From NCBI GenBank assembly GCA_944372425.1, contig CALVZC010000006.1, forward strand, positions 202 to 64,201: 64,000 nucleotides of DNA. Reading direction: 5' to 3'. This document shows positions 59,319-64,000 of this stretch, piece by piece. The notes beneath the pieces are model-generated. The model had not been told where the DNA came from, ran no database searches, and saw nothing but the letters and a program-made list of their open reading frames with translations. This DNA is from an uncultured Bacilli bacterium. Lineage in GTDB: Bacteria > Bacillota_I > Bacilli_A > RF39 > UBA660. How positions within the stretch are numbered: the stretch's first letter is position 1; each line of letters starts with the position of its first letter. A program made the translations under genes and the position numbers.

Positions 59319-59931
59319 TAAAAAAGGATTTGGGAGATCTGAAATAATTATTTGTTTGTGTGCTTTGTTAGTTTTTATGGCTATAGGTATTAAATCTTTA
59401 ATTGAAAACAATGATAATAGTAAGTTTTCTCTTTTAAAAAAGCAAGCTGAAAATTTTGCATACAAAGTTATGCTATATAAAGATAAGTATACAAGAAATG
59501 ACAATATATATTATCTTGATTATTTGCTTGATTCTGAATATTCCGTTGATATTGTTAATCCTTTTAATGGAAGTGAATTTTGCGATAGATATGAATCCTT
59601 TGTTAAAATTGATGGTAATGAAAAAATAATAGAATTAAAATGTGGCAACTATTTAATTGTCGGTGTTTTGGAAGGTAACTTTACAGTTTATCGTATATCA
59701 CAATGGCAGGAGAATGCTACTAATGGTGAAATGGCAATTTTATATAATTATTCTAAAAACAATAAAATAGTTAATAGTAATTATTTATTAGAAAATGAAT
59801 TCATTGACACTTTTAATTTTAACGAAGATGAGAATATTAAAAATTTAGCAGATATTTCTTTTCCTAATATTGAACTTTTAAGTAAAGCGTTATATAGGGA
59901 GAAAACTGTAGTTAAAGAATTTAAAAAATAA
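59302..59931 (+). CDS. Hypothetical protein with a prepilin-like (class III) N-terminus
   Basis: 209 aa. KKG/FGRSEIIICLCALLVFMAIGI has Gly at -1, Glu at +5 and a hydrophobic helix. Overlaps the ezrA end by 17 nt. Confidence 0.4.
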   Translation: MKRKINKKGFGRSEIIICLCALLVFMAIGIKSLIENNDNSKFSLLKKQAENFAYKVMLYKDKYTRNDNIYYLDYLLDSEYSVDIVNPFNGSEFCDRYESFVKIDGNEKIIELKCGNYLIVGVLEGNFTVYRISQWQENATNGEMAILYNYSKNNKIVNSNYLLENEFIDTFNFNEDENIKNLADISFPNIELLSKALYREKTVVKEFKK

Positions 59932-59953
59932 GATGAATTATCATCTTTTTTTT
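59930..59953 (+). terminator. Intrinsic terminator
   Basis: aagatga/tcatctt stem plus T-run. Confidence 0.6.
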
Positions 59954-59976
59954 GATATACTTATTTTGGTGATGTT

Positions 59977-61032
59977 ATGGGAATTTTTAATAAATTAAAA
60001 AATATTTTTAAAAAAGAAGAAAATTATAAAGAAAAAGATAATTTCATCGACAATGAAAATAATATAGAACTAGATAATAAAGAGGATAAAATAGTTATTG
60101 AGAAAGAAAACGTAAAAGTCTATGAAAGGGGTCTATCAAAAACTAGAGATAATTTTGTTTCAAAACTTATTAATCTTACTAACAAATATAGTAAAATAAC
60201 TGATGAATATTTTGATGAACTAGAAGAGATACTTATTATGGCTGATATCGGTGTAAATACAGTAATGGATTTTATGGATAGACTTAGAAAAAGAGTTAAA
60301 AATGAAAAAATTGAGGATTTAGAATATTTAAAAGAAGTTATTGTAGATGAATTGTTTATTATTTATGTTAATGATGAAGTTATTGTTAATAAAATAAATT
60401 TTAGTAGTGATGGACCAACAGTTATTCTTTTTGTTGGTGTTAATGGGGTTGGAAAGACAACAACTATTGCTAAAATTGCTGCTAAGTTTAAAGATGAGCA
60501 TAAAAAAGTTATGATGATTGCTGGAGATACTTTTAGAGCTGGAGCTACAAAACAATTAGAGGAATGGTCTATAAAAACTGATTCTTTATTTGTTGGAAAA
60601 GAAGAAGGAGTTGATCCATCAAGTGTTATTTATGATGGACTAGAAAAAGCAAAAAAAGAAAATGTTGATGTTGTTTTAATCGATACAGCTGGAAGGTTAC
60701 AAAATAAAGTTAATTTAATGAAAGAATTAGAAAAAATAAATAAAGTAATAGGTAAAGTTATCCCTAATGCTCCCCATGAGACTTTGTTGATAATTGATGC
60801 TACTACTGGCCAAAATGGTATTTCGCAAGCTAAAGCTTTTAAAGAAATTACAAATATAACTGGTATTGTTCTTACAAAACTTGATGGTACTGCTAAAGGT
60901 GGTATTGTCTTAGCGATTAAGGAAAGCATTGGAATACCTGTTAAGTTTATTGGCTTGGGAGAAAGAAAAGAAGATTTACAGGTATTTGATATTGAAAAAT
61001 ATATATATGGACTATTTAAGGATATGATGTAG
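59977..61032 (+). CDS. ftsY: Signal recognition particle receptor FtsY
   Basis: GVNGVGKTTT, DTAGR, TKLDG. Confidence 0.95.
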   Translation: MGIFNKLKNIFKKEENYKEKDNFIDNENNIELDNKEDKIVIEKENVKVYERGLSKTRDNFVSKLINLTNKYSKITDEYFDELEEILIMADIGVNTVMDFMDRLRKRVKNEKIEDLEYLKEVIVDELFIIYVNDEVIVNKINFSSDGPTVILFVGVNGVGKTTTIAKIAAKFKDEHKKVMMIAGDTFRAGATKQLEEWSIKTDSLFVGKEEGVDPSSVIYDGLEKAKKENVDVVLIDTAGRLQNKVNLMKELEKINKVIGKVIPNAPHETLLIIDATTGQNGISQAKAFKEITNITGIVLTKLDGTAKGGIVLAIKESIGIPVKFIGLGERKEDLQVFDIEKYIYGLFKDMM

Positions 61033-61036
61033 AGTT

Positions 61037-61330
61037 ATGGATAAAGTTATTTATTTAAATGATTTATATGATTGCTATAAAGAATTATTTACTGATAAGC
61101 AAAGAATGTATTTTGAGGATTATTATTTTAATAATTTATCTCTTAGTGAAATTGCAGAAAATTATAAAGTTAGTAGAAATGCAGTACATAATCAATTGAA
61201 AATTATCGTTGATAAGTTAGAAGAGTTCGAATGTAAGTTGCAATTACTTAATAAGAAAAAAATGATTATTAAAATACTTGATGGAAAAATAAAAGATGAT
61301 CTTTTAGAAAATATTAAGGGGTTATTATAA
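61037..61330 (+). CDS. ylxM: YlxM-family (UPF0122) putative DNA-binding protein
   Basis: 97 aa. Sigma-70 region-4-like HTH (LSLSEIAENYKVSRNAV). Conserved position upstream of ffh. Confidence 0.85.
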   Translation: MDKVIYLNDLYDCYKELFTDKQRMYFEDYYFNNLSLSEIAENYKVSRNAVHNQLKIIVDKLEEFECKLQLLNKKKMIIKILDGKIKDDLLENIKGLL

Positions 61331-61356
61331 ATATTTATAAGTAAGGGATGATAAAT

Positions 61357-62664
61357 ATGTTTGAGAGTTTAGGGGAAAGATTACAAAATGCTTTGCATAA
61401 AATAAAAGGCTATGGAAAAATTAATGAAGATAATATAAGTGATATGATGCGCGAGATACGTCTTGCTCTTTTAGAAGCAGATGTTAATTATACAGTGGTT
61501 AAAGAGTTTACTAATAATGTTAAAGAAAAAGCTTTAGGGGAAGAAGTACAGCGAAGTTTAAAACCTGGTGATTTGTTTGTTAAAATTGTAAAAGATGAGC
61601 TTACTGCACTTTTAGGTGGAGAACAAAAACCACTAAATTTAGTTGGTAATCCTGCAATATTGATGCTTGTAGGACTTCAAGGTAGCGGTAAAACAACTGC
61701 TATTGGAAAATTATCTAATCTATTGCGCAAAAAACATAGTAAAAAGCCACTTTTAGTAGCTTGTGATGTTTATAGACCAGCTGCTATAGATCAATTAAAA
61801 CAAATTGGTAAGCAATTAAATATTGAAGTGTATGAAGAAGGAAAGAAAGATCCTGTTGAAATTGCTAAAAATGCTATAGAATATGCAAAAGAAAATAAAT
61901 TTGATTATGCTTTAATAGATACAGCGGGAAGGCTTCATATTGATGACAATTTAATGGATGAATTAGAAAATATTAGAATCAATATTAATCCTCAAGAAAT
62001 ACTTTTAGTTATTGATTCAATGATGGGACAAGATGCTATTAATGTTATAGAAGGTTTTAATAATAAATTACCGCTTACTGGCGTAATTTTAACTAAACTT
62101 GATGGTGATACTAGAGGGGGTGTTGCACTTTCTGTAAGACATCTTACTAACGTTCCTATTAAGTTTATTGGCACTTCTGAAAAAATGGATGGTATTGATT
62201 ATTTTGATCCAGAACGAATGGCAGGAAGAATTTTAGGAATGGGTGATATTGTATCCCTTGTTGAAAAAGTTCAGTCAGAAATAGATGAGAAAGAAGCTAA
62301 AAATGCGGCTAAAAAATTACAAAGTGGAAAATTTGATTTAGAAGATTTTTTAACACAAATGAAACAAATAAAAAAATTAGGTCCATTAGAAAACCTTTTA
62401 AAACTTATTCCAGGAGCTTCTAAATTAGGTCTTAATAATATAAATATTGATCCAAAGCAATTAGGACATATTGAAGCAATTATTTTATCGATGACACCTA
62501 AAGAAAGACATAATCCTGATATTATTAAAGCTAGTAGAAAAACAAGAATTGCAAAAGGTTGTGGTCTTTCTGTTCAAGAAGTTAATAAACTTTTAACACA
62601 ATTTGAGCAAATGAAAAAAATGATGAAACAGTTTAGTAATGGCAATATGAAACTTCCATTTTAA
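61357..62664 (+). CDS. ffh: Signal recognition particle protein Ffh
   Basis: MFESLGERLQ start. GLQGSGKTT, DTAGR, TKLDGD and a Met-rich M-domain. Confidence 0.96.
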   Translation: MFESLGERLQNALHKIKGYGKINEDNISDMMREIRLALLEADVNYTVVKEFTNNVKEKALGEEVQRSLKPGDLFVKIVKDELTALLGGEQKPLNLVGNPAILMLVGLQGSGKTTAIGKLSNLLRKKHSKKPLLVACDVYRPAAIDQLKQIGKQLNIEVYEEGKKDPVEIAKNAIEYAKENKFDYALIDTAGRLHIDDNLMDELENIRININPQEILLVIDSMMGQDAINVIEGFNNKLPLTGVILTKLDGDTRGGVALSVRHLTNVPIKFIGTSEKMDGIDYFDPERMAGRILGMGDIVSLVEKVQSEIDEKEAKNAAKKLQSGKFDLEDFLTQMKQIKKLGPLENLLKLIPGASKLGLNNINIDPKQLGHIEAIILSMTPKERHNPDIIKASRKTRIAKGCGLSVQEVNKLLTQFEQMKKMMKQFSNGNMKLPF

Positions 62665-62697
62665 AAAAATAGTATTAAATATACTATTATTTTTTGT

Positions 62698-63228
62698 TTA
62701 ATTTTCTTTTTTTAAAATTCCATAACTGTTTTTTTGTGTATCGTAAAATAAGTCTATTTTAGGAGGAAAATATGTTAATGTTAGGAAAACTAAATAGGTT
62801 ATTATAATTAAGACTATACTTATTATTTTACTATTTTTAATTTCTTTTCTTATAATTAATTTGTAACTTAGTAATTCAATAAATAAATAAACTATTATTA
62901 AAATTATTATAGAAATTATTAAGTTATGTCCAATAGTATAATGAATTGGTAAATATATCATTAAGTAAATTATTATTCCTAAAATAATAGAAATAATATA
63001 AGAAAGCGATAAATTATTATATTTAATATTTTTTTTCTTATAAAATAGATATTCAAAAAGCATAAAAATTAATGTAGGTGTTATTATTAATTTCATATGT
63101 TCCCATATACTTTCATTTACTGGGAAAAAAATACTAAAGATAATATTAGGAAAAAAGTCATATATGAAATGACTAAAAATAGATAATAATAAAATTATAA
63201 AAATACCAATAAATTTAAATTTTTTCAT
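62698..63228 (-). CDS. Hypothetical polytopic membrane protein
   Basis: 176 aa, about 5 TM segments. No motif recognised. Confidence 0.55.
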   Translation of the reverse strand: MKKFKFIGIFIILLLSIFSHFIYDFFPNIIFSIFFPVNESIWEHMKLIITPTLIFMLFEYLFYKKKNIKYNNLSLSYIISIILGIIIYLMIYLPIHYTIGHNLIISIIILIIVYLFIELLSYKLIIRKEIKNSKIISIVLIIITYLVFLTLTYFPPKIDLFYDTQKNSYGILKKEN

Positions 63229-63304
63229 ATTAAATATTATGTTATATGTTTTGAAGTTTATACTATATTTATGTTATAATATTTTATATAAAATAAGGAG
63301 TACT

Positions 63305-64000
63305 ATGATGAAAAAAATAGCTATTTTCGGTAATATTTATGGTAATTATCAAGCATTGGATAGTATTTTAAAAGATATTGATAAATATTCTTTTGATAAT
63401 GTGATTTGTCTTGGTAATTTAATTGGTAAGGGGCCTAACTCGATAGATTGTATAAATGCTGTTATAGATTCAAAAGTAATTTTATTAATGGGGAATGAGG
63501 AGTATTTTATTACTAGAGATGATGTAGAACTTAATAAAAAAAGTTTTACTTCATTTTTGAAAAGTCTTTTAGATGATAATCAGAAAAATTATTTAAAGTC
63601 ATTAAAATTTAGTTATGAAATACTAGATAATGGACATTTATTTACGTTTTCTAATTTTTTTATAGATAATAATTCTAAAAATAAATATCCATTTGTAAAC
63701 TATAATTTTTTATATGGTAATGATTTTTATAATTTGTTGGAAAAATCTGATTATGAATATTTGTTTTGTGTTAATAATGGTGAAAGTGTTAATACTTATA
63801 TTGGAAAAAGACTATTTTCTTTTATAAGGGGAAGCGGATGTACTGATAGTGAATATACTTCATATACTATTTTGGAATTTAATAAGAGTATTATTAATGT
63901 TAGAACTAAGATTATTAAATATGATAGAAAAGAATTTATAAAATCTTTTGACAAAAGTAATGCTTTTAAAGAATATATAGAAGATATGAAATCCTTTTTT
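63305..64000 (+). CDS. Metallophosphoesterase-fold protein with substituted metal ligands (partial, runs off the window)
   Basis: Open frame to the window end. FGNIYGN, GNLIGKGP and GNEE stand where calcineurin-like enzymes have DxHG, GDxxDRG and GNHE. Confidence 0.6.
   Translation, partial: MMKKIAIFGNIYGNYQALDSILKDIDKYSFDNVICLGNLIGKGPNSIDCINAVIDSKVILLMGNEEYFITRDDVELNKKSFTSFLKSLLDDNQKNYLKSLKFSYEILDNGHLFTFSNFFIDNNSKNKYPFVNYNFLYGNDFYNLLEKSDYEYLFCVNNGESVNTYIGKRLFSFIRGSGCTDSEYTSYTILEFNKSIINVRTKIIKYDRKEFIKSFDKSNAFKEYIEDMKSFF

Noticed and set aside
21939-62174. Other tracked antisense or overlapping ORFs (21939..22169, 26055..26261, 26847..27074, 26957..27151, 37059..37397, 38493..38759, 46445..46801, 47351..47755, 49803..50015, 50665..50853, 53951..54229, 57720..57938, 58134..58322, 58723..58911, 59298..59504, 60328..60555, 60630..60929, 61992..62174)
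   Set aside because: All overlap better-supported genes on the opposite strand and lack start-site signals or recognisable motifs.

Overview
Very AT-rich (roughly 27% G+C by eye) Firmicute-type chromosomal segment that reads cleanly with the standard genetic code. 1-15.5 kb holds rplM-rpsI, an unusual 650-bp spacer, then a complete S10-spc-alpha ribosomal cluster (rpsJ to rplQ, with secY, adk, map, infA, rpmJ and rpoA, but no rpmD). 15.6-27.1 kb is mostly housekeeping: a membrane-anchored acidic protein, an SDR, an intact but motif-degenerate ecfA-ecfA-ecfT module, truA, a 34-aa tandem-repeat protein, ackA, nrnA, engB, der and a SpoVIF-like ORF. The main hunting result is a three-gene cassette present twice in diverged form (27.2-30.0 kb and 48.3-51.2 kb). 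It consists of a small secreted protein with a TasA/SipW-type signal region, an ER-type (Ser/His) signal peptidase fused to a roughly 270-aa polytopic membrane domain of unknown function, and a bitopic membrane protein with a conserved cytoplasmic tail. Cassette 2 is followed by a third cargo with the same signal type, a 460-aa lectin/FGE-fold protein. A G12 tract lies inside an upstream short ORF of this gene. Its last ~130 nt are strikingly adenine-poor and GC-rich, like a diversity-generating-retroelement variable region, but no template repeat or reverse transcriptase is in the window. 30.4-43.3 kb is a cell-surface glycan locus: GT2, capE/F/G-type UDP-L-FucNAc genes interrupted by a sialyl/Kdo-transferase-like gene, a KdsB-type cytidylyltransferase, a 1004-aa dual glycosyltransferase, a second GT2 and YfhO. 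The rest is a FemAB-family gene, trmB, a YtxH/DUF948-like pair, a beta-lactamase-fold hydrolase, T-box-controlled tyrS, rpsD, ezrA, a prepilin-like ORF, ftsY-ylxM-ffh and a motif-degenerate metallophosphoesterase. I saw no rRNA, tRNA, CRISPR array or transposase. All family assignments rest on reading motifs by eye, and no searches were run.
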